Origin: an uncultured Candidatus Saccharibacteria bacterium
GTDB lineage: Bacteria > Patescibacteriota > Minisyncoccia > Phycocordibacterales > JAACPR01
Assembly (NCBI GenBank): GCA_964618845.1
Contig: CAZUCU010000001.1
Coordinates: 468-64,467, forward strand
DNA: 64,000 nt
Direction of reading: 5' to 3'
Below, piece after piece: positions 1 to 9,360 of this stretch; positions within the stretch are counted from its first letter, which is position 1, and every line of letters begins with the position of its first letter. The notes below the pieces were generated by a model. The model ran no database searches, was not told the origin of the DNA, and worked only from the letters and a program-made list of their open reading frames with translations. A program made the translations under genes and the position numbers.

Positions 1-708
1 AGTGTTAGAAATCACATTCATTTTATGTTAGTTGTTGGAAATGAATTCAAAAAAAATAAAGAAGACGATTTTTTTGTCCACAGGTGGACAGTTGACGGTG
101 ATTTATCTTTTAAAATTGAGGAAGCGATTAAGAATTTATACAAATCGCTTTCCATAGATCAAATTATTTCGGAATCAGAAATAAATTCTGCTTTTCTAAA
201 TTATTTACACGACATTGATATTAAAAATAAAAATGAAGAGATTTTAAAAAATTGGTTAAATCTTTCTAAGAAAATAAATAAAAACCCGTTAGGTGAATGG
301 GGTAGAGCAGACTCACCAAACATTAATGTAAAAGGAATTAGAGACTATGCTTACTTAATAATTAGAAGACATGGTTCACCAATACATTTTAGAGAAGTTG
401 CGGATCAAATAAATAAAATTTTTGCAAAAAAAGCACACGTTGCAACTTGTCATAATGAGCTTATAAAGGATCCGAGGTTTGTCTTGGTTGGGAGAGGTTT
501 ATATGCTTTAAAAGACTGGGGCTATGCTTCTGGAGTTGTAAGAGATGTTATTAAAGAAATTTTATTAAAACATGGGCCTTTGAGTAAGGAAGAAATTATT
601 AATAAAGTTTTGAAGGAAAGATATGTAAAAGAAAATACTGTTTTAGTAAATCTACAAAATCCAATTCATTTTAAAAAAGACAAGGATGGAAAATATTTAG
701 TTGTTTAA
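1..708 (+). CDS. 5'-truncated conserved HTH protein (C-terminal winged-helix/HARE-HTH-like domains; CPR-type sigma-region-4/RNAP-delta-like family)
   Basis: Frame is open from base 1; motifs PIHFREVA, ATCHNELIKDPRFVLVGRGLYAL and GPLSKEEIINKVLKER. Confidence 0.6.
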   Translation, partial: SVRNHIHFMLVVGNEFKKNKEDDFFVHRWTVDGDLSFKIEEAIKNLYKSLSIDQIISESEINSAFLNYLHDIDIKNKNEEILKNWLNLSKKINKNPLGEWGRADSPNINVKGIRDYAYLIIRRHGSPIHFREVADQINKIFAKKAHVATCHNELIKDPRFVLVGRGLYALKDWGYASGVVRDVIKEILLKHGPLSKEEIINKVLKERYVKENTVLVNLQNPIHFKKDKDGKYLVV

Positions 709-749
709 AATCTGTATCTCTTAATTTCTATCTGTTATAATATACTCAA

Positions 750-2009
750 ATGGAAATTGAATTAGGAAATTTATTTGCTGATACTTTTGATTTTATCTTT
801 TTCATATTGCCAATAGCTTTACCTATTATTTTAATTTGGATTAGTTTTGATTTTTTTATTGAATATAAAAGAAAAAAATTTTTAAATTCTTTAGAGTGGA
901 TTTTATTGGAGATTGTTCCTCCTGCTGATGTCAAAAGATCACCTATGGCAATGGAGTTGTTTCTTTTGGCGTTGTATCAAACATCGGGTGAGGGTGATTG
1001 GTATGCAAAATATATTGAAGGAAAATTTAGAAGTTGGTTTTCTTTGGAATTGGTTTCTTTGGGTGGGGTAGTAAAATATTTTATTAGAACAGAAAAGAAA
1101 TACAAAGTTATAATAGAAACAGGATTATATGCACAATTTCCAGGTATAGAAATATATGAAGCAAAAGAAGATTATACAGATGGTTATTATTATGACGAAA
1201 ATAAATTTGAACTATTTGGTTTTGAACTTAAACTCACTAAAGCGGATCCGTATCCAATTAAAACTTATGTTGATTATAAATTAGATTCTGAGCAAGAAGA
1301 TGAATTTAAGGTTGATCCAATTTCTCCTGTTTTGGAATTCTTAAATGCTGTTAAACCAAAAACCAATGTATGGATGCAAATAATAATTAGAGCACACAAA
1401 GAAGAAGATTTAGATACAGATAAATGGTTTCCTGCTTTATCCAAGAAAAAAGACAATTGGAAAGAAGAAGCTAAAGATGAAATCAAAAAAATTAGAGAGG
1501 AATCCTTTTTTGAAATAGAAGAAGGGAGTGGCGATAAAAAAACTAAGAAAAAAAGCGCACAACAAACCCCGGGGCAAAAAGAAACTATCTCTGCTCTTGA
1601 AAGAAGCATCTCTAAATTTGGTTTTGATGTTGGTATAAGAATGATTAATATTTCTGCAAAGGAGGATTTTGACAAAGGAAATAATGCAGGAATGCTTGGT
1701 TCTTGGAAACAATATAATTCTCCCAATCTAAATGGCTTTAAACCTGGTTATATTACTGATTTTGATTGGTGGTATCAGGATCCATTTAAAAAGAAATTAA
1801 AAAAAATTAAAAAGAATATATTAGAAGCTTATAAAGATCGAAATTATTTTTGGAAGAGAAATTATAAAGGTGAAAAAAGACAGCACTTTGTTTTGAATAC
1901 CGAGGAGCTTGCAACAATATATCATTTTCTTGGAAGGGTTACAGAAGCTCCTTCTGTTGCAAAAGTAGAAGCACGGAAAGTCCCTCCTCCTAATAATTTG
2001 CCGATATGA
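750..2009 (+). CDS. Conserved hypothetical membrane-anchored protein (CPR-type)
   Basis: N-terminal TM helix; LLEIVPP, SLELVS, YAQFPGIEI, YPIKTY, LNTEELATIYHF and PPPNNLP motifs. Confidence 0.6.
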   Translation: MEIELGNLFADTFDFIFFILPIALPIILIWISFDFFIEYKRKKFLNSLEWILLEIVPPADVKRSPMAMELFLLALYQTSGEGDWYAKYIEGKFRSWFSLELVSLGGVVKYFIRTEKKYKVIIETGLYAQFPGIEIYEAKEDYTDGYYYDENKFELFGFELKLTKADPYPIKTYVDYKLDSEQEDEFKVDPISPVLEFLNAVKPKTNVWMQIIIRAHKEEDLDTDKWFPALSKKKDNWKEEAKDEIKKIREESFFEIEEGSGDKKTKKKSAQQTPGQKETISALERSISKFGFDVGIRMINISAKEDFDKGNNAGMLGSWKQYNSPNLNGFKPGYITDFDWWYQDPFKKKLKKIKKNILEAYKDRNYFWKRNYKGEKRQHFVLNTEELATIYHFLGRVTEAPSVAKVEARKVPPPNNLPI

Positions 2010-2986
2010 AAATTATAAAAATTTCAAAAATAAAAAATTTATTTTTGAAAAATAAAAAAGAAATTTTTTTTGTATTTTTGTTTTTAGTATTATTTTTTTG
2101 GATTTATATAACTGATATTCCAAATGGTTTTAAACCAAACGTTGTAATAATTATAGAAGAAGGAGAGAATTTAAAACAAGTAGCCGAAAAGATAAAAGAA
2201 AGTAAATTGATTAGATCTAAGACACTTTTTAATATCTTTTTAATTTTGCAAAACAAAGATAAAAATATTGTTTATGGAGAATATTTATTTGACAAACCAA
2301 GTAGTGTTTTTGAAATAGGAAAAAGAATTACAAATGGGTTTTTTGGGTTTCCCTCCAAAAGTGTTACCCTGAAAGAAGGTTTTACCTTAAAACAAATGGC
2401 TTTTGTTTTAGATAATAATTTTCCCCACTTTGATTACGATTTATTTTTGGAAAAAACCTCTGGTTTTGAAGGTTTTTATTTTCCTGATACCTACATATTT
2501 CCAGAAAATATAAAGACAGAAAAAGTAATCGAAACAATTCAAAATACTTTTCAACAAAAGATGACTGAAATAGATCCACTACTTGTTGAATCAAAAAATT
2601 CTTTGGATGAAATAATTATTATGGCTTCAATTGTTGAAAAGGAAGCAACAGCAGATGGTAGACAAGAAGTAGCTAATATTCTATGGAAAAGAATTGAAGA
2701 AAAAATGCCTCTTCAAGTCGATGCTAATTTTGTGTATTCAATTGGAAAAAATACTTTTGAATTAACAAAAAATGATCTAAAAGATAAAAATAATCTTTAT
2801 AATTCTTACATTTATTTGGGGCTTCCACCAACTGCAATATCAAATCCAGGATTGGAATCTATAAAGGCGGCGGCAAACCCACAACCAACAGAAAATCTTT
2901 TCTTTTTGACAGGAATGGATGGGGAGATGTATTATGCCAAAACTCATGAAGAGCATATAAAAAATAAACAAAAATATTTGAATTAA
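2006..2986 (+). CDS. mltG: Endolytic transglycosylase MltG
   Basis: TM anchor; EGFYFPDTY, MASIVEKEA, MPLQVDA, YNSY..GLPPTAISNPG. Confidence 0.95.
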   Translation: MKIIKISKIKNLFLKNKKEIFFVFLFLVLFFWIYITDIPNGFKPNVVIIIEEGENLKQVAEKIKESKLIRSKTLFNIFLILQNKDKNIVYGEYLFDKPSSVFEIGKRITNGFFGFPSKSVTLKEGFTLKQMAFVLDNNFPHFDYDLFLEKTSGFEGFYFPDTYIFPENIKTEKVIETIQNTFQQKMTEIDPLLVESKNSLDEIIIMASIVEKEATADGRQEVANILWKRIEEKMPLQVDANFVYSIGKNTFELTKNDLKDKNNLYNSYIYLGLPPTAISNPGLESIKAAANPQPTENLFFLTGMDGEMYYAKTHEEHIKNKQKYLN

Positions 2987-2992
2987 ATTCAA

Positions 2993-4078
2993 ATGGATAT
3001 AGAAAATAAAAAAGTTTTAGTAGGTTTATCGGGAGGAGTAGATTCGTCTGTTGCTTGTTTGTTGCTCAAAGAACAAAAATATTCTGTAGAAGCTGTATTT
3101 ATTAAAGTTTGGCAACCTGATTTTATTGAATGTAATTGGCGAGAAGAGATGCGAGATGCAATGCGAGTTTGTATTCAGCTTCAAATCCCTTTTCATTTTT
3201 TAGATTTAGAAAAAGAGTATAAAAAGAGGGTTGCGGATTATTTTATAAACGAATATAAAGCAGGTAGGACCCCAAATCCAGACGTAGTATGTAATAAATA
3301 TATTAAATTTGGTCACATGTTTGATTATGCTAAAAAAAATGGATTTGATTTTGTGGCTACAGGACATTATGTTAGAAATCTAAAAAATAAACTTTTTCGT
3401 GGTAAGGATTTAGACAAAGACCAAAGTTATTTTTTGTGGTCGCTTACCAAAAAAAGATTAAATAAGATTTTGTTTCCAGTAGGAGATTTAAATAAAGAAG
3501 AAGTTAGAAAAATTGCAAAAAAACATAATTTATTCAATTCTAAAAAAAAAGATTCGCAGGGTATTTGTATATTGGGCCCAATTAATATGAAAGATTTTTT
3601 AAAAAAATATATTGATGTCAAAAAAGGTGATGTTTTAGATAAAAGTGGTTCAATTATAGGAACGCACGAAGGTGCAATTTTATATACTATTGGTGAAAGA
3701 CATGGATTTACAATCGATAAAAAACATAAGAGTTCGAGTGATAAAACCCTGTATGTAATAGAAAAAGATGTGGCAAAAAACATAATTATTGTTTCAACGA
3801 GAAACGAGAAGCGAGAAGTAAGAAATATTGAATTGAAAGATGTTTCGTTTATAGATAAAGAAGTTGAGGGAGAAATAGAAATTCAAACAAGATATAGACA
3901 AAAGCCACAAAAAGGAATTTTATTAATAGATAAAAGGGAGAAGCGAGAAGTAAGAAGTAAGAAGTGGAAATTAGAAGCAAATTTTGAAGAAGACCCAGCC
4001 GTTGGGCAATCTGTTGTTTTCTATAAAGGCGATGAGTGTTTAGGTGGAGGAATTATAGATAAAATATTTTTTGAATAA
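2993..4078 (+). CDS. mnmA: tRNA 2-thiouridylase MnmA
   Basis: SGGVDSSV, TPNPDVVCN, ATGHY, KDQSYFL, KDSQGIC, AVGQSVVFY. Confidence 0.97.
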   Translation: MDIENKKVLVGLSGGVDSSVACLLLKEQKYSVEAVFIKVWQPDFIECNWREEMRDAMRVCIQLQIPFHFLDLEKEYKKRVADYFINEYKAGRTPNPDVVCNKYIKFGHMFDYAKKNGFDFVATGHYVRNLKNKLFRGKDLDKDQSYFLWSLTKKRLNKILFPVGDLNKEEVRKIAKKHNLFNSKKKDSQGICILGPINMKDFLKKYIDVKKGDVLDKSGSIIGTHEGAILYTIGERHGFTIDKKHKSSSDKTLYVIEKDVAKNIIIVSTRNEKREVRNIELKDVSFIDKEVEGEIEIQTRYRQKPQKGILLIDKREKREVRSKKWKLEANFEEDPAVGQSVVFYKGDECLGGGIIDKIFFE

Positions 4079-4082
4079 ATTT

Positions 4083-4706
4083 TTAGGTTCTCGGATCTGT
4101 TTTTTTCCATTCAATAATTTTTCCAGCTTTTATTTCCATTTTATCTGCTTTCCTTAAAAATTTTTTATTTTTTGGGGGGTAAAATCTTTTATGTGGACTT
4201 TTCTCTAATGCCTCTGCAATCTCAAAAAGTTCTTTTTTACTTGTTATCCACTTAGTTCCAAACCTTCTCATATCAAAGGGTAAAGAATAACTTTCTAAAA
4301 TTTTTTTACCGGTTTTGATATCAAAATATTCATGAAAATAAGAAAGTGCTAATTCTCTGATTGTCTTATAAACGGGATCACGAAATCGAAGAGTCGCATG
4401 ATTAGTTTTGCTTATTGCTCCCCAATGTCCATTTATCTTATAAATAGCCAAAGTATGGTCATCTCCACAATCAGATTTTAAGTCTAATATATAAGATTTT
4501 TGCTTATTAATCCAAAAACATAAAACAGCAAACATTGCTCCCTCCAAACAATGCGCTTTATTTTTTTGGAGAACTCTTTGGGGTGACATATAAGTTTCAC
4601 CATCTTTTTCCCAATTTATTGGTATGGTATCCAAAAAACTTTGAATTTTGATCGGAGTATTTATTTTTTTTAAAATTTTAATTTCTTCTTTTGTAAGTCC
4701 AAACAT
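4083..4706 (-). CDS. Conserved hypothetical protein, transglutaminase/papain-like fold (putative Cys-His catalytic pair)
   Basis: AHCLEGA, DDHTLA, WGAISKTN, RDPVYKTIRELALSYF. Confidence 0.6.
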   Translation of the reverse strand: MFGLTKEEIKILKKINTPIKIQSFLDTIPINWEKDGETYMSPQRVLQKNKAHCLEGAMFAVLCFWINKQKSYILDLKSDCGDDHTLAIYKINGHWGAISKTNHATLRFRDPVYKTIRELALSYFHEYFDIKTGKKILESYSLPFDMRRFGTKWITSKKELFEIAEALEKSPHKRFYPPKNKKFLRKADKMEIKAGKIIEWKKTDPRT

Positions 4707-4745
4707 ATATTGATGTTAACAAAAAATCATTTATACTAAAAGTCC

Positions 4746-5144
4746 ATGAAAAAATATGAGCCAAAGAATTTTAAGCTAAAAGTAAAGAAATCAAAAACCG
4801 GACTTGGTCTTTTTGCTGATGAAAATTTATCAAAAGGTCAATGTGTAATTGAATATGTTGGTAGAGAGATTTCTGAAAGAGAAAAATATACAAGTAGAAG
4901 TAAATATTTATTTGAAATAAATTCAAAGATAACTATTGATGGGCAAGATAGAAAAAACAAAGCTAGATATATTAATCATTCTTGTCGCCCAAATTGTGAA
5001 ATTAAAATAAAAAATAAAAAAATCTTTGTAATGTCTCTTAAAAAAATAAAAAAGGGAGAAGAATTAACTTATGACTATGGAGAAGAATATTTTGATGAAC
5101 ACATAAAACCCAAAGGTTGTAGATGTTGCAAGTGTTATAAGTAG
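4746..5144 (+). CDS. SET-domain protein-lysine methyltransferase
   Basis: GLGLFA, ARYINHSCRPN, GEELTYDYG, post-SET CRCCKC. Confidence 0.93.
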   Translation: MKKYEPKNFKLKVKKSKTGLGLFADENLSKGQCVIEYVGREISEREKYTSRSKYLFEINSKITIDGQDRKNKARYINHSCRPNCEIKIKNKKIFVMSLKKIKKGEELTYDYGEEYFDEHIKPKGCRCCKCYK

Positions 5145-5184
5145 AGAGGTTGTTTTTTTCTATTTTCTGTTATAATAGCCTTGT

Positions 5185-5661
5185 ATGAAGAAAGGCGTAT
5201 TTATTTTCGTTGTTTTATTAATAATTTCGATTTTATTTATAATTTTTTCTCTATTAAAATTTCAAAAAAATAACAAATTAGAACCCGTATCTAGAGAGGA
5301 AGTACAAAACATCACCGAGGAAGAACCATTTGAATCTTTGGTTGTTAAACATCAATATAAAGATAACAAACATATTTTTGTTGGGGATTTACAATTACCA
5401 ACACCCTGTCATGAATTTGAAGTAAAGATTGAAGACACAAATGACCCAAATATTAAAAATATAAATTTTTTTACTAAACAAAATAATGAACAAGAAACTT
5501 GCGCTCAAATAGTAACACCAAAGGCTTTTCGTATTGAATATACAGGACCGGAAAATTTAGAATTTAAAGCTTTTATAGACAAAATTCCACGAAGATTAAA
5601 TATTTTTAATTTAGCACCAGATGTAGATATTGATGAATTTGAATTATTTATAAAGGGGTAA
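5185..5661 (+). CDS. Hypothetical membrane-anchored/secreted protein
   Basis: N-terminal TM; LPTPCH and CAQIVT cysteine pair. Confidence 0.6.
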   Translation: MKKGVFIFVVLLIISILFIIFSLLKFQKNNKLEPVSREEVQNITEEEPFESLVVKHQYKDNKHIFVGDLQLPTPCHEFEVKIEDTNDPNIKNINFFTKQNNEQETCAQIVTPKAFRIEYTGPENLEFKAFIDKIPRRLNIFNLAPDVDIDEFELFIKG

Positions 5662-5664
5662 ATT

Positions 5665-6501
5665 ATGGAAGTAACAAAAAGAGATGGTACAAGTGAAGAA
5701 TTTAATGAACAAAAATTTTTGAATTCTTTGGAAAAAGCTGGTTTCTCAGATTTAGAAATTAAAATTGCCTTAGAAAAAACAAAGGAATCTTTATACGATG
5801 GTATTACTACTGATTTAATTTATGAAAAAGCATGGGAAACATTAAAAAATATCCAAAATGTTGAACCCATTGTTAAATATTCTCTTAAAAGAGCAATTTT
5901 GGAACTTGGACCTTCTGGTTTTCCTTTTGAACAGTTGGTTGCAAAAATCTATCAAGAATTAGGTTATAAAACCTTAACCGGAATTATGCTTGAAGGAAAA
6001 TGTATAGATCATGAAATAGATGTTATCGCTTATAAAGAAAATGAGCTACTTTTGATTGAAGCTAAATTTCACAATGAACAGTCTATGAAATCTGATACTA
6101 AGGTTGCCCTTTATGTAAAAGCACGTTTTGATGATCTAATTAATATAAAATTTGATATAGACGGTAAAAAAAGAAAGATGACAAGAGGGGTTTTGATTAC
6201 CAATACTGGATTTACTAATAATTCTAAAAAATATATAAAATGTGTTGATACTTTTGATATGATAAGTTGGTCTTATCCAAAAGATCAGGGTTTATTAAAG
6301 ATGATAGAAGATCACCACATTCATCCAATTACTTCCATTCCTAAATTATCTCAAAGGGAAAAGGGAGAGTTAATAGAAGCAGGATATATTTATTGTAAAG
6401 ATATTTTGAAAAATCCAAACATCCTTGATCAATTTAAAATTGTTGGTGAAAAGAAAAATGAAATTTTGAAATTTGCTCGAATAATTTGTAACGAAAAATG
6501 A
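5665..6501 (+). CDS. ATP-cone plus Mrr-like PD-(D/E)xK nuclease domain protein
   Basis: VTKRDG ATP-cone start; GPSGFPFEQLV, HEIDVIA, LIEAKFH, LITNTGFT. Confidence 0.85.
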   Translation: MEVTKRDGTSEEFNEQKFLNSLEKAGFSDLEIKIALEKTKESLYDGITTDLIYEKAWETLKNIQNVEPIVKYSLKRAILELGPSGFPFEQLVAKIYQELGYKTLTGIMLEGKCIDHEIDVIAYKENELLLIEAKFHNEQSMKSDTKVALYVKARFDDLINIKFDIDGKKRKMTRGVLITNTGFTNNSKKYIKCVDTFDMISWSYPKDQGLLKMIEDHHIHPITSIPKLSQREKGELIEAGYIYCKDILKNPNILDQFKIVGEKKNEILKFARIICNEK

Positions 6502-8225
6502 CACATCAAAAATTGCGACAAAAATATTTTGATTTTATAAAAAACAAAGGTTTTGAAATTGTTCCGTCTGCATCACTTGTTCCAGAAAATGATTCTTCGA
6601 TTTTATTTACAACAGCCGGCGTTCAACCGCTCGTTCCATACCTTATGGGAGAAAAACATCCTAAAGGAAACAAACTTGCAAATATTCAAAAATGTACACG
6701 AACAATAGATTTAAACTCAATCGGTGATGATACCCATCTATCTTTTTTTGAAATGATAGGTTATTGGTATTTGGGAGAAAGCAAAAAAAGTCTCAAAAAA
6801 AAGGGTATAGAGACCACTTATGAAATGTTTTTTAGTAAAAAATGTTTTGGACTTGATATCAACAAAGCATATCTCACTTGTTTTGAAGGAAATGAAATTT
6901 CTCCGAAAGATGAGGAAAGTGCAAATTATTGGCAAGATTTAGGAGTTGCAAAAGAAAAAATTTTTTATACTGTTGATTCTAATTGGTGGGAAACAGGGGA
7001 AAATGGTCCTTGTGGTCCTGATAGTGAAGTTTTTTATAATATTTCGGGTGAGAATTTGGACATAAAAAGTAAAGAGGATTTTTTGAAAGCAGATAAAGAG
7101 GGGAAGATTGTAGAAATTGGAAACACAGTTTTTATGTTATTTGAAAAAAAAGATGGAAAAATTGTAGGTGAATTGAAACAACAAAATGTAGATTTTGGAG
7201 GAGGGTTTGAAAGACTTCTAATGGTTGTACAGAATAAAAATTCTGTTTACGAAACTGATTTATTTGAATCTCTTGTAAATAAAGTAGGTGGCAATAAAAT
7301 TATAGCCGATCATTTACGAACTTCTGTAATGATAATTTCTGATAAAGTTTTGCCAAGTAATACAGACCAGGGATATATTTTGAGAAGACTTATCAGAAGA
7401 ATTGTTAGATTTGCTAAAGAATTAAACATTAAAAAAGAAAAACTTCTTGAGGCAACAAATGAAATAGTTAAAATTTATAAAGGGGTATATAAAATTTTAG
7501 ATAAAAAAGAACTACATAAATTATTAGAAGAAGAAATAGAAAAATTTGAAAAAACTTTGGAAAGGGGATTAAAAGAATTTGAAAAAATGAGTAAAAATGG
7601 AAGAATCTCTGGTTATGATACTTTTATTCTTTTTACTACCCACGGTTTTCCATTTGAAATAATAAAAGAATTAGCAGATGAGAAAGGAATTTTTATAGAT
7701 GAAGAGGAATTTAAAAAAGAATTAGAAAAACATAGGAAACTTTCCAAAACCGCATCAGCCGGAAAATTTAGAGGGGGTCTTGCAGGAAATAGTGAAATTG
7801 AAATTAAATATCACACCGCGACACATCTTTTAAATGCGGCGCTTAGAAAATTTTTGGGAGATCACATTTACCAAAAGGGAAGTAACATAAACATTGAAAG
7901 ACTTAGGTTTGATTTTTCTCATAATGAAAAAATAGAAAAAGAAGTCTTGGATAAAATTGAAAATCAAGTGAACAAATGGATAAAAGAAAATATTTCAGTT
8001 GAAAAATTAGAAATGTCATACAATGAAGCCAAAAAAATGGGAGCAATTGGTGTTTTTGATGATAAATATGGAGATATTGTTTCGATTTATAAAATTGGAG
8101 ATATTTCGATGGAACTTTGTGGTGGTCCTCATGTTAAAAATACTGGAGAAATAGGGAAATTTAAAATTATAAAAGAAGAGGCATCTTCCAAAGGTGTTAG
8201 AAGAATAAAGGCCGTACTCGAATAA
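6498..8225 (+). CDS. alaS: Alanine-tRNA ligase (short form without C-Ala domain)
   Basis: LFTTAGVQP, GPCGPDSE, ADHLRT, HTATHLL, ELCGGPHV, GVRRIKA. Confidence 0.96.
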   Translation: MTHQKLRQKYFDFIKNKGFEIVPSASLVPENDSSILFTTAGVQPLVPYLMGEKHPKGNKLANIQKCTRTIDLNSIGDDTHLSFFEMIGYWYLGESKKSLKKKGIETTYEMFFSKKCFGLDINKAYLTCFEGNEISPKDEESANYWQDLGVAKEKIFYTVDSNWWETGENGPCGPDSEVFYNISGENLDIKSKEDFLKADKEGKIVEIGNTVFMLFEKKDGKIVGELKQQNVDFGGGFERLLMVVQNKNSVYETDLFESLVNKVGGNKIIADHLRTSVMIISDKVLPSNTDQGYILRRLIRRIVRFAKELNIKKEKLLEATNEIVKIYKGVYKILDKKELHKLLEEEIEKFEKTLERGLKEFEKMSKNGRISGYDTFILFTTHGFPFEIIKELADEKGIFIDEEEFKKELEKHRKLSKTASAGKFRGGLAGNSEIEIKYHTATHLLNAALRKFLGDHIYQKGSNINIERLRFDFSHNEKIEKEVLDKIENQVNKWIKENISVEKLEMSYNEAKKMGAIGVFDDKYGDIVSIYKIGDISMELCGGPHVKNTGEIGKFKIIKEEASSKGVRRIKAVLE

Positions 8226-8261
8226 TCCTGTCTAAATATCTAAACTTCTGTTAAAATATAA

Positions 8262-9350
8262 ATGATGACAAAAGTTTTAGAAACCAAACTCGTTGTTTCT
8301 TTTAAAAGTTCAAGCATTGATCTTTCTGTTGTTGATTATGAAAATAAAATTCCAAGTATATTATTTACAACAAAAAATTTACTTTTGAGTAATAAACAAT
8401 TGACACCAAATGAATTTGTTGAAATTAGCCTGAAATCTTTGCAAAAAATGCTTGTAGATAATTCTTTTGAACTCAAAAAACATTTAAAAGAATCAAATAA
8501 ATGTGAGATTATTTTTCATTCGCCATGGTATTTAGCAGAGTTAATTTCAGAACAACACTCTGAGGGCAAAAAAGGATTGAAGCAATTTTTTTTGGAAAAA
8601 GTAAAACCACCAAAACAAAATGACTATTTGCAAATAGAAAATAAAATAACAAATATAATTTTAAATGGATATCAATTAACGAAATTACGAGATGTTGAAG
8701 GAGATGAAATACAAATAAATATTTATAGAAGTTTTGTCTCCCAAAGTAGTATCATAAAAATTAAAGAAATAATAAAAAATGAATTTAGGCAGTTTTGTTT
8801 TTTTGAATTTTCAACAAGTGCAATGATGATATATGAAACTATAAAAAATATTTTTGTAGATGAGGATAATTGTATTTTTATAAATATTGGTGGTGAAATT
8901 ACAGAAATTGGAGTAATTGAAGATGACATATTGGTTGATTTTATGACTATTCCAATTGGAATACATTTCTTTCAAAGAGAGCTGGAAACCTTTCTAACAG
9001 ACAAAAAAATATTGGATACCATAAAATTTTTATCAAATAACAAGACCGATGAAAATCTTAATCCCAAAAATAACGAGATGTTATCAACTACTGTAAAAAA
9101 TTGGGTAAATGAAGTTTTTGAAATTTTTTTAAATCAAAAAAAAGAATTTCCTAAAAAAGTTTTTGTTTTTACAAACTCAACAGCTGATGAATTTTTTAAA
9201 ATGATTTTTAAAAACAATGAGACATTAAAGAATTTTGAATTTTTCCACGTGATTTATGATACTTTTAGTAGTAGAATGAATATTCCAAGTAATGGAAAGG
9301 TTGATATTGAGTTTTTATTAAGTTCTTATTATTTGTCAGTCAAAAGTTAA
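8262..9350 (+). CDS. Divergent FtsA/actin-like fold protein
   Basis: FINIGGEITEIG and IPIGIHFF resemble the actin-fold phosphate-2 region; phosphate-1 motif degenerate. Confidence 0.55.
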   Translation: MMTKVLETKLVVSFKSSSIDLSVVDYENKIPSILFTTKNLLLSNKQLTPNEFVEISLKSLQKMLVDNSFELKKHLKESNKCEIIFHSPWYLAELISEQHSEGKKGLKQFFLEKVKPPKQNDYLQIENKITNIILNGYQLTKLRDVEGDEIQINIYRSFVSQSSIIKIKEIIKNEFRQFCFFEFSTSAMMIYETIKNIFVDEDNCIFINIGGEITEIGVIEDDILVDFMTIPIGIHFFQRELETFLTDKKILDTIKFLSNNKTDENLNPKNNEMLSTTVKNWVNEVFEIFLNQKKEFPKKVFVFTNSTADEFFKMIFKNNETLKNFEFFHVIYDTFSSRMNIPSNGKVDIEFLLSSYYLSVKS

Positions 9351-9360
9351 ATTTTTGTTT

